NCBI RefSeq assembly: GCF_009914755.1
Contig: NC_060936.1
DNA length: 64,000 nucleotides
Direction: 5' to 3' (one strand)
Source of the DNA: the human T2T-CHM13v2.0 reference genome, Homo sapiens
Shown: one piece after another, positions 14,219 to 28,749 of the stretch
Numbering within the stretch: position 1 is the stretch's first letter
How the letters are laid out: each line of letters starts with the position of its first letter
Program-made: the position numbers and the translations under genes
The notes under the pieces: model-generated
What the model was told of the DNA's origin: nothing
The model's database searches: none
The model's input: the letters and a program-made list of their open reading frames with translations, nothing else

Positions 14219-16197
14219 TTTATTTCTTCATACATTCTTTTATTTAGAAAGCAAAGAATTCAACTAGAATGTTCTGGGTCCTGGGAAGGATGTCCTTGAA
14301 TCTTAGAATTTTTATAGATGTCCCCTATCTACTCTTAAGCCATAAGTGAACAATATCAATGGGAGGAATCCAGTACACTAGCATCTTTCATGTTCAGAAA
14401 AATTGAGTTCTAAAGACATAAAATGGCTCATCTAGGGGAAAGCAGCATGTTTTGAGCAGGACTGAGACTGGAAGACCAGTTTCCTTCTCCATTACTATTT
14501 TCACTTCACTGAAACATAGTAGGATGATTTTACTTGTATTATGTCCTATTTCAAATTGCATGCTTTCTAACAGTTCTAGAAGAAGTAGAGGGAATTGAGA
14601 AGAAATAAATAAAATGAGATTTTTAAAGGCTTAATTTAAGAGGATCAAATGACCACCTTTGTGATTTGGATTATAAAGTTTGGATAAATTACCGAACTTT
14701 CTTCCAGTATATGAAAGAAGATTTAAGATAGAGTAGTAGACAGTGCCTTGGCATCATAGCTGAGGTTAAAACAAGAAGAAATAGACTTCATAATAGTGGA
14801 TTTGTACTACAATTGAAGAACTTTCTAATTCCAAAAATTGGAAAAAATACTAGATTCTATGAGTAAGGCCATAGAAGACTCTTCTTTGGGGATTTTTTTA
14901 AAATAAAAGAACAGGCCATCATATCATGGTCATGCATCCCTATGAAGAAGGAGAAGGCTGAGTTTGGATGATATCCTGAAGTCTCTGACTTTACAATTTT
15001 GTATCATTTCAAATTTAAAAGAACAAATTCCCACGTGGCAACTTTCAGACAATAGCTGAGCTATGACAAAAGCTGTGAAATATTGCCAATAGATTGCAAA
15101 GCATTTATTAAAAGTTTATAATATTATTATTTTAAATCAAATACTTTTTTCATAGAGGATAACATATTAGCATCAAATGGGTAAAAATATACACATTTGC
15201 ATTTCCTCTTTTGGCCTTTAGCCTTTCTGCATTTTAAAGACTGAAATAATAAAGTGGTTACATGTAGAGTTACAAAAATATATGAAAAAATAAAATGATT
15301 CTAATAATTTTAAATGGTATGTTACTATTTACAACATGCCTTCATATATATTACAATATGTTTTTAATCTCACCTGCCACAGATACCCTAAGTGACAGGT
15401 GAGACATATGCTATTATCATTTTTAAGGTAGGAAAATAACTCTCAATGTGACAATGATGATTTTCCCAGTTCCACAGGTAGGAAGCCATAAAGTTGACAC
15501 ATCCGGCTCCACATTCCGCAAATCCTTACATTCTCAATAATTTACTGGTTCTTCAAGGCAGAGACTCCTGACCAATTATATGATCCTTGAAATTTAAAAT
15601 TAATTCTATATTTTTAGATATTATGCACATTCGATAAATTCAACAAGATTTTTTTGAGACATCTACTATATGACAGCTGATTGTGTGGGAGAAAGAGATA
15701 CACCTAAACTGTTATTGTGTCTGATAGCAAGAATAAAATACCATGGGGAAAAGTGGGGGGAATAAATTATTTTGGCTGATAAATGAGGTTTCTGGAAAAG
15801 GCTTCACAGAGTAGATTACATGTGATGTAAATGCTCAAGACTGGAAGAGCAGAGGCTTGAAAATATATGCTTTTCCTTTATTAAGGCCTAAAAAACTTGT
15901 ATGAAAACTAATGTTAATAAAGAGAAATTGCCTATCAGTGACAAGGGAAAAAACAGCTGTGAGTAAAAGGCTTCCTTCATCTTGGGGAGAATTTATATAA
16001 GGTCCACCGCAAGGTTCTCTTTGGAAAGTGGCCCTGGAAAGCACATTATGTTCCATTTGTGAATTCAAGGAGCTGGGAACTGTACTGAATGTTTGAATCA
16101 CTTTAAGGAAGAATTTCCTTTACTAAAAGAGACAGCGCCAAATGCAGGAAGAAGAAAGATTTTTGGGATTGTTGAAGTACACTGAAACCATTTATAA

Positions 16198-16314
16198 GAA
16201 AGTGAAAGAGAGAAAGAAAGAAAGAAAGAAAGAGAGAAAGAAAGAAAGAAAGAAAGACAAAGAAAGAGAGAGAAAAAGAAAGAAGAAAAAGAAAGAAATA
16301 GAAAGAAAGAAGGA

Positions 16315-16366
<52 letters not shown>

Positions 16367-16390
16367 AAAAGAAAGAAAGAAAGAAAAAGA
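16198..16390. repeat. (GAAA)n purine tract
   Basis: Directly visible; source of the K/E/R-rich and F/L/S-rich ORFs. Confidence 0.97.
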
Positions 16391-17542
16391 CACATTACTC
16401 AGGCTTTAAATTAGAAGAAATAAGAAGTTGTTGAATTTAAATATCATGGGCTTAAGGAAAATTTTTAAACTGGTACAACCTGCCTTAACAGCCAGGAGTA
16501 CACACAGTGCCATTGGGCAGTGGTGTCCCAAGAAGTCCAGTCTTCTTTCCACCCTCTTTCCCCTGATACCCAAGAATCTCCTTGGGTGCTTACTCATGTT
16601 CAAAGAGCTAGCCCTGATTGCTGGCCCTTCATCAGATGAGATGCAAGGAAGATGAGGCTGAAGGACCCCATATTCACTGCCCAGACTAGTTGCTTGAGAC
16701 GCCTCACCCCCCTACAATTGTTGTCACTAAAGCCAGAGACTGAAGATACCACTAAAACTAACAATCTAAAGAGACATCCTTCATCTCCCATTTTGTCGCT
16801 AGTACCATTGATAAAGCCAAAGCTTGCTGTTGCCTCCTCCGAAATCCTAGCAGTCCTATTTCTGCAACCACAAGCTCAGAAAGTCCCTGGCATCCACTTG
16901 CTATAGCTGTGAATACTAAAGTCACAATTTTGTGTGGTAGCTCTCCTAACCTTGGCTCCCCTTGGAAATGTGGTTTGGTAGCAGTCTCTTGCTCAGGTCG
17001 GTGCTGCTGTTACTGAAATGGGCCACTGCTCAAAATGTAGCAATTCTTTGTGGTACACCAGGATAAGGTATTCTGAATCAAAATTGTCCTGGGCTCTATG
17101 GATTCACAAGCACAGCTACTTCCCCAGCACAAGTCAGTCCTAACATGCCTGGGTCAGAGAAGCTGTTTTCTTCTCAGTGCAAGGATGCGAGGCCTATCTA
17201 TCATACAGCATTGTGGAAGATTCTCAGGTGAATTCTGTCTCAGTGACTTCATCCCTTTTCCTGATTGACCTTATTCTGGGCTACCTCAGGTCAAGTGACA
17301 CTGTTTAACTACTTTGAGCTTAAAAGACAGGCATTCCCAATCCTTTCCTCCTTAAAATGCCATTATAACATTATGTAAATTAATTTATCTACCTCTTATA
17401 ACTTCCAAACTATATACAAGTGAGTGTGTCAGGATTAGGGAAAAGAGACAATTCACTTAAATGAACTTTTATATACTAAAGAGCTTATTTCTGTACATCT
17501 CTACAGAACTCTAAATTATTTTAAAAATAACTTGTGTAGAAG

Positions 17543-17543
<1 letters not shown>

Positions 17544-17573
<30 letters not shown>
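17544..17573. repeat. (TG)n microsatellite
   Basis: Directly visible. Confidence 0.97.
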
Positions 17574-17574
<1 letters not shown>

Positions 17575-17599
17575 ACATGCACATTGACTGAAAAAGAGC

Positions 17600-17770
17600 A
17601 AGGAGTTCAGCTCACGGTTCTTTGTTCTGGCTGCACCAGTAACTGCTGTTGACTTTGGATAACTCATGTAAAAATCTCTGTGCCTCACTTCCCTTATGCA
17701 AAAAAAATAGGGGAGTGGAGTTTCATACTTGCTTGGTTACTTCCAGGTCTCAATAATTCTATAATTCTTT
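17600..17770 (+). mobile_element. MIR/MIR3 SINE
   Basis: Core GACTTTGGATAACTCA…TCTCTGTGCCTCACTTCCCTTATGCAAAA and a MIR3-type end TTCCAGGTCTCAATAATTCTAT. Confidence 0.65.
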
Positions 17771-19224
17771 TCTATGACCTAAATTTAATTTATAGCATAA
17801 TCACACCCTGTGGGTTGTTCCAGAAGCTTCGTTCCTGACTACTAGGTTCATTTTTGGTCATCAGCTTGATTTAGCCAACTCCTGATTACCCATTCTCAGA
17901 GGTTCGTGGATTGTCCATGGGTGATCCAGATCTTTATAAGAAACAGGTTGGGTTGGGGACTGCCCAGGGGCCCACCATAGGCCAGATCCATCCAAATACA
18001 GGGCCAGAACTAAATCCGCCTCCATAGGCTGGTGGAGCCCAAGCAAGATACCCCCAGCTCTGCTTCAGAATGTCCATGTCAAAACTGCCTAAAAGTTTGT
18101 TCACAACTACAAATTTCTATGGCAACCTAATAAAAAGGAATTGAAAGAAGAGGTAGGGCTTCACGAAATTCCTCTAGGCTCTGCACAGGAGCTGCCTTTG
18201 GAGACTGTCATAAGACTGAATACAAGGGTATAGCCCTTTCATGAAATTACCCTGCACTGTTTGTGTTTTCCTGATGTATGGTGCTCATGTCAAATCAGAA
18301 ATGAATCCAAGCCTTCACCCTCAGACGCAACGTGAATGTTTTGTAGGTTCCAAACAACTTTGGTTTGTTTTTAAATTTTAATAAGTTCAGTACTTCCTGG
18401 GTTTGGCCAGGCCAGACACACCACAGGACGTTTCCAGCCTGAAACCAGAAAGCGTGCAGGCACTCACAGAAGAGACTGATGCAGTGAGCTTTCCATCCCA
18501 CTTGCCAGACCTAAAAGCATCTTGTGTGGTTAGCTGACTCGTGGTCATACCTACCCAGAGTGCATAACACATGAAGGGAGATTTTGTGTATTGGCTGTCT
18601 CCAGTGCCCTATTCCTGCGCTAGCCCTCGTATATGAGCTACTCCTCATAATATTTCTAGGAAGAAAGGTAGACTGGCTTTTTCATTAAGTAGATGAATGT
18701 GAATGTTTCTTGACAGCAAGGACAATGTTTCCATGTTCAATTTACTATGAAAAGAACGCCAGTCGTAATTGCTGTTGATGAAGAGGAAATTGAGGCACTG
18801 ACATCTTGAATAATGCAGTTTAGTGTTGTGAGTCACCCATCCACGGTATTCAGTTCAACAGCTATTTAATTGAATGCTACTGCCTAAGTACCAGGATAAT
18901 TATAGACACTGTGGAGGATTAGAAACTAGTAAAATTTTAGGGCTTCGAGAACCAAGTGACCACTCAGTTCATCCAGGAAACCACTACATAGTATCTGGCC
19001 TCAGAAAAGTTGCACTCCAGTTTAGGAGACAATATGAACTCCCATGAATTCCATGGTAAAATAAAAGGTGTAGGGCAGGTGCCTCCTTTAGCCACTGTTC
19101 TACTCATCTACTACCTTTCACAGCTACACTTGTTTCCGGAGAACTTTGCACTGACAATCTCTACTTTCTTCCTTCCCAACTTCCAGGAAGAACACCAAAA
19201 TCTTCTAACTGTTCAATCCAAATA

Positions 19225-19920
19225 GGCACTTTGCAGTCTACATCTGACTGGTCTTTCCTGATGCATTCCACACTCTTGACAACTCCTTCCTTCTGGAAAC
19301 TCTTCATATGTCGAGGATAGAGTATATTGTCTCTCCTTTCTCCTCCACCAACCCTAAAATCTCCTAAACAGATCTTCCTCCTGTATTTCCTATTTTAGTA
19401 AAGAACATTACCATCTATCCAATTAGTCAAGCCAGAAATGGCGGCTGATAGAAGATTTGAGGGTGGGGATCAATCACTAGTTCTTCCTTTTATTCACCTT
19501 TATGCCTAATCAGTCACAAAATCTTGCAGAATTTCTTTTATAACATCATATGCATCCCTTCTTCTGATTCTCAATACTATTATCCCGGCTCAAGGCCTTA
19601 TCATATGTCACCTATACTATTGGAGAATCTATTGTTAATCAGGTTCCTGGCTTTGAATGCACTTTCTGTCAATCTATCCTGCAGAAAAATTGTAACCAAG
19701 CTTCTTCCCCATTTAAAACACTTCATTGGCTCTACTCTCCTGTAGGAAAAACAAAGTTCTTAGCATGACACACAAGGCCTTTCACACCCTGGATGTTTAT
19801 GTCTTCACTTTCACCTGCACACTAGTCATTCTCAACAGCCTGTGGTTCTGGGAGAGCATGAGAGTTATTCCATACCTTCATGTTTTTGTTCATCCTGGCC
19901 CAAACTCACTTATCTTTCTA
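19225..19920 (+). mobile_element. L2 fragments
   Basis: CTCCTTCCTTCTGGAAACTCT, ACCATCTATCCAATT..TCAAGCCAGAAA, GCATGACACACAAGGCCTTTCA. Confidence 0.6.
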
Positions 19921-22880
19921 TAACCATGAATCCCCTCTTTATATACTAATCCACTTTGTCCACACATTTATTACCAAGCTGTTCGAGTTTTACAAAGGCA
20001 AGGATTAAGAAACAAATAAACAAAAAACTAGCAAGGCATATTTGAATATGAAATATTTGAAAAAGAATAATAGTTTCATTTGGTTGAACTGAGGGCTTTG
20101 GTAGTCCTCAGGTATGGAAGATGAAATGAGTAGTCATTTACAAATTTCGACTGGGGAAGGTACTTGATCAGATTTACATTTTTGAACCTTATTCCATTTG
20201 TATGTAAAAAGTACTTTAAAAGTCCATAATTATTAGGGCCTGTATGAGGGCAGGCAATGTACTAATAAAAGGAAAAGGAATTCTTCAAGAGATATTTATA
20301 CAGTGGGATTAACAAGCCCGAGAGATTGATTAAATGAAGTGGAAAATTTATCCATTGATTCAATTACTGAGTATTAGGCATTGTTGTACTTTCTAGATAT
20401 GCCAAAAAATTATAAGAGAATTTGCCTGCTTTTATAGAAACTCATTATAATGCAATACAATTTTCAGAAGTAGAATCAAATATAGAAAGAAATTTAGTAC
20501 ATGATAAAGATTGGATTCTTTAATATGTAGTTTTAGAACAACTGGATAATTGTTTGGGAAAAACATATAAAATTTTATTTTCCCATATACCACTCAACAA
20601 ATTGAGGTCCAAAGAAATTAAATGGAAGATGTGAAATAACAAAAACAATAGAAGAGTCCTAAGTGAACAGGTATATACACTTACAGCATTCACAATCTTT
20701 CTAAACAGAACGCTAAAACAAAAACCACATAAAGAGCAATGAAGTTGAAGAAAATACTGTTTGTCACAAAAATGTAGCAATAGAGAAATAGTTACAACAT
20801 AAAAGACAGAAAAAGAATTAATATGATACAGAAACTTTTGCTACAATATTACATACATGCTTTTGATTTGGCTTGTTCCAAAGGCTGTCAGGACAAAAAC
20901 CTGCATCTAATGCCTGAGGATCTATCTGATTAAAAATGTGGGTAAAGGAGAACCATGAGTGTTTACTTGCTTTGTGAGGGTGTTAACTGAGTAGCTAAAT
21001 AATGGTGACAGCTTTGTACAAAAAGAACTCCAGGAGTTCAAGTACCGGAGGCAGAGACTGGAGTTCCCTATTATATACTTTCTTTTTCAGGGGAAAAAAA
21101 GTTACCTGCGCCTAATCAAACATTTCTACTCTGAAGTTTCCCATTGCTATACGTTTGTTTTCAGGAACCAAATAATTTTTATCTATCAACTAAACAATTA
21201 ATGAGAACCTATTATGTTCTAACTGTCCTTTACATAGTCAATACGGTTATATTCCTCAAAGATGAGTAAGATAATGACCTTGCCCTCAAAAACCTCATGG
21301 ACAGAGACTTAAAGAAGAAATAATACTTACAATGCAAGTTGTATGTTACTGGCATGAATGTCTGAATTATTCTATGGTCCCAACCTGGCTGTGTTAATTA
21401 CTTTGTGGAGGACACTGGAGCGAGAAAATGTACTGGCTATAGCACAAGCTCTCCTTTTTGGTGAAATGAGCCTCAGTTTGTGAGGCTGCCGGCATGACAC
21501 CTTCTAAAATGTCACATTCCCTTTCCATGATGTTTAAGAGGCAAAGGGAGGTGGATTTAAGGGAGGAAGAAAGTGAAGCTTATTAGTTTGAATGAGGTCA
21601 TTGGAGTCACTCTGTGGGATCCTTACAGAAGTAGAACAGAGCTCATTGCAGACACACGCTAGTTAAAATGACTTCAAAGGAGTCAGGCAACATTTTGGTG
21701 AATAAATATATGGAATATTATTGTGTTTTCCTCAAATGTGTTTTTATGTGATAAACCTAGAGACTTCTGAATTTTGACTTGAGCACATTAAACATATCCT
21801 ATGGCCCAAGGGCTGTAGGCATCTCCACATGCATGTCCCACTGACACTCAAAACTTCATCTACTTAAGCTGGAGCCCATGAAGCTCATCCAAGCCCTGCT
21901 GCCTTCTCTTCCTGGTTTGCATTTGCTATGTTTACCACCTCCCAAACACTCCCCACTCATATCTCTCTCATTTTCATAAGAGTTCTGAGCCTCCTTTCTT
22001 GGATAGTTCTTCCTCACTCCTCTTCAAAGGTTTCTTGGGAGAGGAAATACAGTATGCATTCCTAATTGCTGTTTAGAGATTTCTGCCCAGCATTTAGCCA
22101 CAAAGCCAATTAAGGAAGGAGTAGGAGTCTTGACCCCTTTCCTAGATTGATAGATTTTCAGTAGGCTCTGGATGGCTGTTTTTTGTTTAGCTTTGTTTTG
22201 CTTTACTTTACCCAAACTCTGATAGCTAGTCTTGGGAAGAGGGAAGTCTCGAGGAAGAATTTGAATAAAGAAAAAGAGGAAACTTTCAAAATAGTGTTTG
22301 TAGAACATAATCCTGCAGATTATATAGTGAACTGGGAACAGGGAGGGTGAGAGCTAGGAGGGCTATGACGTAGAAACAACACAAGGAAGCTGCTGCTTAA
22401 AGCTGGTAGCACAAAGTCTGTCTAGTCCCATTACCTCCCCACCCGCTTCATAATCTGAGGCAAGCTAAGGACACAGATTCTGGGATGTTTGTGATTCTTT
22501 CTGACCCTCAGTCATTACTAAATAGCATTTTCCAGCTAGAGTTTTTCCACCTGCATTGTGGTTTATGTGATTAACTGATGTTCTTGCAACTCCAACTGCC
22601 TAACATATTTTTACTATTTTTATACACTCATTATTTTTCTGCAAAAAAAGAGGAAAGATGTATTCCAAAAGCAGAGATTTGTTCTTCCTTTCCTTCTGTC
22701 TTCCTTTAAGATTTGGCGAACTCTTAGAAGAAATGCTTGGCAAGATATTTTCTGAGATGTCAGTACTTCTGTAGGTAAACAAAGGGAAATTATCTTTCTA
22801 TAGCAAAGTCATCCTACACCCACTCTACCGGGAATCATGCTGTTTCCAAAGTTCACATGTGTTTCTGACCTGCAAGAAAT

Positions 22881-22988
22881 GGGGAAGGGAGGTGGAGAGG
22901 AGGAACTGGGGAAGGGGGGTGGGGAGAAGAACAAAGAAAAAGAGAAGGGAAAGGAGAAGAAGAGGAGGAGGAGGAGGAGAAAAGAGAG
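22881..22988. repeat. GA-rich low-complexity purine tract
   Basis: GGGAAGGGAGGTGGAGAGGAGG…(GAG)n. Confidence 0.85.
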
Positions 22989-23447
22989 CAGTTGTGTATC
23001 AAATGGGACTAGTTTGTCTAACCTAGGATCTTTCTTCACATTTTGAGCCCTGGGTTGCAAAGGTGGTTAATTTCCTATCTTGCTCTAGGCTACAATGTCA
23101 CTTCACATTATACCTAATACTTTGTATTTTGAATTTTTAAAAAGTGATGCTAAATATTTGACATCAAGCTTTGCAAAATAATAACAGACACAGCTAGAAC
23201 ATTCTTTTCTCACAACAGTTCATTTGTATGATTCCCAGCACAATTTAAAGTGGCTTAGTTTCAAAAGGGTGAATGTTCAAATGAGCATGTCCAATTCAAA
23301 ATATTCTTAAAAATATACAGATCTGATTGTAAGTAAAAGACCTCCTCAAGGTGGTATATTTTGCTTGAACACAGAAACAAAATTGAGCACAGCCTTACTA
23401 TGTTGGCGTTGTTTTTCTGAGGTTATTGAAGAAAAGAGAGTTTTGCC

Positions 23448-23487
23448 AAAACAAAACAAAACAAAACAAAACAAAACAAAACAAAAC
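23448..23487. repeat. (AAAAC)n pentanucleotide STR
   Basis: Directly visible. Confidence 0.97.
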
Positions 23488-25359
23488 ACAGAACCATTTC
23501 TTTGAACCTGAGAACTCTCCAATGCCCAAATATGATTAAAAACCATCTTGGTTAAGCCCTTTTGATCAGCGTGCGTGTCGTAAAACCTGTTCTGAGTCCC
23601 TGGCAATTTTATGGTCTTATCTGTGTGGTCCTTTTTTTTTTTTTAGAAAACATTCAGCATGATGTTGTCCCACTAGAGCTCAACCAAGTGCTTATGGAGG
23701 GTGTAATATAGAGTTTAATGCCCCTCAAGAATAATGCCACCAAGCACCCCCACCCCTCAGCAAACCCAAGCATGATATCTTCTCATCTCTCTACAAAGAG
23801 ACTTTCTGAAAAGAAAACAAAAAGGTCAAGAACTGGAAAGAAACTAAATGCATAACTTCAGGACAGCATAAAGAAATATGCAGACAAATGCTTGACATTT
23901 GTGGAGGTTTTATTTATTGAAGACTCTAATTGAATTTCATTGACTGAAGTCTAGAACACACAGCAGATCTGTTACTTTCTCATTCTATTTATGTGTCTAT
24001 GAAGTAGATCATTGTAATGAATATAGATGGGCAATAAGTACAAAGTTATTGCATCATTTTTCAAAATTTTATGATTGCTTTTCCTACTTCCTCAAAGAAT
24101 AATGGCCTCTCTGTGTAGCCTGTAGACCATTTACTATATCTTCAGTATATTTTACCACTTCAGCAAATTTTAATTTATTAGAGACATACTAGAAGTGGTG
24201 TGTAAACAATCCACAGAATAAAACTGATTTGTAAGACATGGATGACCTGAATCAGTATTAAGTTACTTCTGAGATGACTTGGGGAATGCAAGTGCATATG
24301 TATTTCCCCTCTTTTTCCCCTTCCTGCCTGCTTCTTGATTTGGCAAAGATTGAGACTTGAGAACTGGAGGGAAAACCAAATTAAAGCTGCCCACCAGCCC
24401 ATAGCAAACAGAACAGAAAATGTCAGTCTTACGATGGGAAGTGTAACAAGATGGAAAGTTTCTCTATGCGTTTGCCTTTCTAAACCAGGCTTCGGCCTCG
24501 GCAAGCATTGAAAGGTGCCAGGTCTGAGTAAATAAACAGAGCTTTACAAGATGAAGTATGCTAATGGCCGCTCCAGCATCTGTGGGATTGCCCTGGATGG
24601 AAAACGACTGACCCTTTACTTTGTTCAGCTCCTATTCCTTGTACCTCATTACTCTTCTCTCTTAGCTTCAACCTCTCTCTAGATTTTATCGCAAAGGGAA
24701 AAGTCTGGTGTGACCATTCCACGGCCTGCTCAACTGAGGCTATGTTACAGCCACTCTTTGTCGTGTTGTGTCCAGGAATGTCGCCTTTGCCTCTCAGGCT
24801 CTTTCCTCCAATTTAGGTTTCCAACTGACTTTCAACTCACAGTTACAGTGATTTCAATTCACTGACCTGAGTGTAATGGAGGAGGGGTTCATGTACTGTG
24901 GAAGCCCCTTGGAGGAAGTGACCAACTCTGACCGACTCTGCCTGAGAGCAAGGGAAAAGACTTCATGAGGAATAACATGAAGAACTGGTTGAGGCTGCAG
25001 AAACCAGAAGCTGAGATACTGTAGTTGATGAACCAGCATTTGCTCATTATGAATCCTCACACAGACAGAGCTTACAAGGGTGTGTTTTGATGGACATACC
25101 TGTTTTCTACAAAAGTGCAGTCTTGCAATTTCAAATATGAATATACACTTAAAAGGGGAATAAAATATGGGAAGCTGGAATTAATTACAGGAGAAATATG
25201 ATGTGCATATTTTTTTGGCTTCAAGAGAATAATTTAAATCCACGTTGGAAAGAACTTAAAATTATAATGTAACAAACCTTTATAATACAGATTTTAAACT
25301 ACTAAGGATGCATTTTAAGACTAGGTATACTCATAGTAGGTTGGGCATGTGCGCTAAAG

Positions 25360-26200
25360 CAGTGGTCCTCAAAGCATTTTCCCCATGTACTCCCTAAAAA
25401 ATTCCAGGAAATTTGAAAAACCATGTGCCCTCTGGCACATTTTCAAGTTGACATCTAAAAAATTTCAGCATAAGTTTAAATAGTTTCAAAGAATGTTGTT
25501 TATGATAGTTTATAACATTGATGTTTTAGACCTCTTTTAAATAAAGCAAATAGAATTGAAATGTCACAGTAGGTTGATAAACGCTATCATCCGTTAATTA
25601 TTTTCTTTTTTAATGTATAAGCTGCTTCTCAATAGTGGAGATGTTTTTTCTTGAAATTATATTTCTATTCTTTCCCACAATAATTGTTTTCCAATGTAAT
25701 ATATTTCTAGGATTGAAATTACTTTATTTCGCACCCTAAAAATATTCCTCTGCAACCAAAAAAATATAAATCTATTTTAAAGATTTTTATCTGATTAAAA
25801 TACAAAATATTTTCAAAACATTTCAAAATAAATTCAAAATAGTTTCTTTTGGATGGAGTTATAACAATTATTATTCCTATACAATTCATCAAACTAAAAA
25901 TATTGTACAAATTTTGGAAAAATATTATTAAATACTAAAGTCAAATTTGTTGGGAAATGCATTTTTATTTGAGATAGGAAGGGCTTTCTGTTTTTCCAGT
26001 AAGTCCTGTGTCTAGTCATTATGTATGCTGACATGAGCACTGTTCAGTATCACTTCTATTCCTATTTATGTTTATTATTGTACCCATAAATGCTGATAAA
26101 TATTGTTCTGATAAAAAAAAGCAAATGAATGATTTTTATTATAGCGACATCACTCATTTTGTACCTCTGAGTTGATGCTAGAGTGCTGAGAAGTACTTAT
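25360..26200. mobile_element. Possible hAT-Charlie DNA transposon relic
   Basis: Begins with Charlie-type terminus CAGTGGTCCTCAAA followed by a very AT-rich body; matching right terminus not identified. Confidence 0.35.
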
Positions 26201-26249
26201 TTTGAGAAGGTAGTTGATCAAAAGTAGCCAGTGAAAGAAGTCAAGAAGG

Positions 26250-27133
26250 TTTATGGGAGGAAGACGTCATCTCCAATTTCTGTGCCTCCACAAGGTCTTA
26301 TGTGGGCTCTGTGGCTGGATCTAGAAACCACATTGACATAAGGCAGATTAACAAAAGAAAAGCATACAAATTTTATCATTTTTATATGAACATGAGCATT
26401 TTCACAAAACAGTGAAATCCAAAGTGACCAAGCAAGATGTTTTCTTTTTTTTTTTAAAGTTTTATTCTTTCTTTCTTTTTTTTTATTATTATTATTATAC
26501 TTCAAGTTTTAGGGTACATGTGCACAATGTGCAGGTTAGTTACACATGTATACATGTGCCATGCTTGTGCGCTGCACCCACTAACTCGTCATCTAGCATT
26601 AGGTATATCTCCCAATGCTATCCCTCCCCCCTCCCCCCACCCCACAACAGTCCCCAGAGTGTGATGTTCCCCTTCCTGTGTCCATGTGTTCTCATTGTCC
26701 AATTCCCACCTATGAGTGAGAATATGCACTATAAATCATGCTGCTATAAAGATATTTTCATAATTGTTTGACAAAGGATGAAGAATTTGAGAAGGAACGA
26801 CAGAAGAAGAGGGATCTGCCTAGGGGCAGTAAATTTCTACGGGAGTCACTAGGAGATACACGGGGGAGTGTAAAACTAGTGGAAGATACGGGTTCCTTCA
26901 GACAGTTTATCTACTCAGATCCATTGCTGCCTCCAATTCCCAGTCTCTGGTGAGAAGGGCTTTCTCACCTTGGTTCAGAGATGTTAGTACTTCCAGAAAA
27001 TCTTTATGGCTTGCTGCATGCAAGAGACAGATAACTAGTTGTTTTTGAAATTAATTTCTCCAGTGTTTTCAACTAAAAATAATGAATATACCAATTCAGC
27101 ATATTTGGGGATGGCACATCCTTCACTCCTTCA
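26250..27133 (-). mobile_element. MER34-family ERV1 LTR, interrupted by an L1
   Basis: Minus strand starts TGAAGGAGTGAAGGATGTGCCATCCCCAAATATGCTGAATTGGTATA; plus strand carries MER4-group motif CAGATTAACAAAAGAAAAGCATACAAATTT. Confidence 0.7.
26445..26752 (-). mobile_element. Young L1 (L1PA2/3-like) 3' fragment with a 25-bp inverted 5' segment
   Basis: GCAGGTTAGTTAC…CACCCACTAACTCGTCATCTAGCATTAGG…ACAACAGTCCCCAGAG; TSD AAGAT(G/A)TTTTC at 26434-26444 and 26749-26759. Confidence 0.9.
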
Positions 27134-27553
27134 TACTCCTGGAACTAGAAACCAGGAACATACAGTGCCATGGAAGTCAAAGGAAAAGAGAAGGTTTCAA
27201 ACAGAGAGGTACTTACTGGTGTCAAAATAATTCAGAGAAGTTAAGCTTGAGTAGAACAGGAAAGAGGTTCTTATTTCTCTGAGGTCCTCCAAAGAAATCA
27301 AGAAGCTAGATTTCTTCTGTTTGTCAAACCATGAATTTTGACATTTTATTCATGTTATAGAGAATCTGAGATTGGAGAACCTGGAGTGCTATTTTTTTTC
27401 TTATCCAAAATCATTTTTTATGTGTGTCTTTTTCTGGGAATTTTATTCTGATCCAACTGTCTGTCTGTACTTGGGCTGATAGCATGTTTTCATACTGTTG
27501 TTTATACCGAGTGTGGATTTTAGGGTAAATCCTGTCCTTTGGTTCTTAATTGA

Positions 27554-27926
<373 letters not shown>

Positions 27927-28749
27927 TCTTTTTACTTTCTTTAGTAATGTTGTTACATTTTTTTCCTATAAAGGTCTTGTATGTTTCTCATTATTTATGT
28001 TTAGGTATCTTAAGTTTTTGTTGCAATTGTGAATGAAATGTATTTTCCCATTGAATTTTTCCATTTTGGTTGTTTACCTTTTAATGAGTAGTAGTGTGGA
28101 ATTCTTTTATTAGTTCTTAAAAATTCATTTGTGGATTGTCTTGTATATACTACACAGAAAATCATTGTAGCTACAAATAAATATATCTTGACTTTTCATT
28201 TCTAATTTTTATTCATTTTATGGCTTTTTAAAAATCTTCCTGCATGGTTAAGATCTGCAGTAGAATGTTGAATATAAGTGATGACATAGAACATCCTATT
28301 TTGTTTCTTATTTTATGTGAATGCTCCAAAATTTCAACATTAAATATAGTTTTCATTGCAGATCTTTAATAGACAGATGAGAGTTTTATCAGATGAGAAT
28401 TTATTTCTATACTAAGTGGGTTAAGTGCTTCTATTACACATGTTTATTGAAATATCATGTTTGACTTATTGAAGGTATAATTTTTTTTCCCTTTCTTAAT
28501 TTGAAATTGTGGTTTATTTCATTAATAGATTTGTTGATGTTTGACCATCCTGGATTTCTGCGAATAACACTATTAGGATATGATGTGATGTTTTTATATT
28601 CTCTGATGAATTCTACTTACTAATATTTTATTTGAAATTTTTGCAGATATGTTGTAAATGAAATAGATCTATAATTTTATTTTCTTCTACTTTCCTTTTC
28701 TAATTTTCATATCAAAATCATATTAATAATATAAAATGCTATATATACC

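Noticed and set aside
16103-16414. K/E/R-rich and F/L/S-rich ORFs (also 30013-30570 and 45673-46109)
   Set aside because: Translations of stop-free microsatellites.
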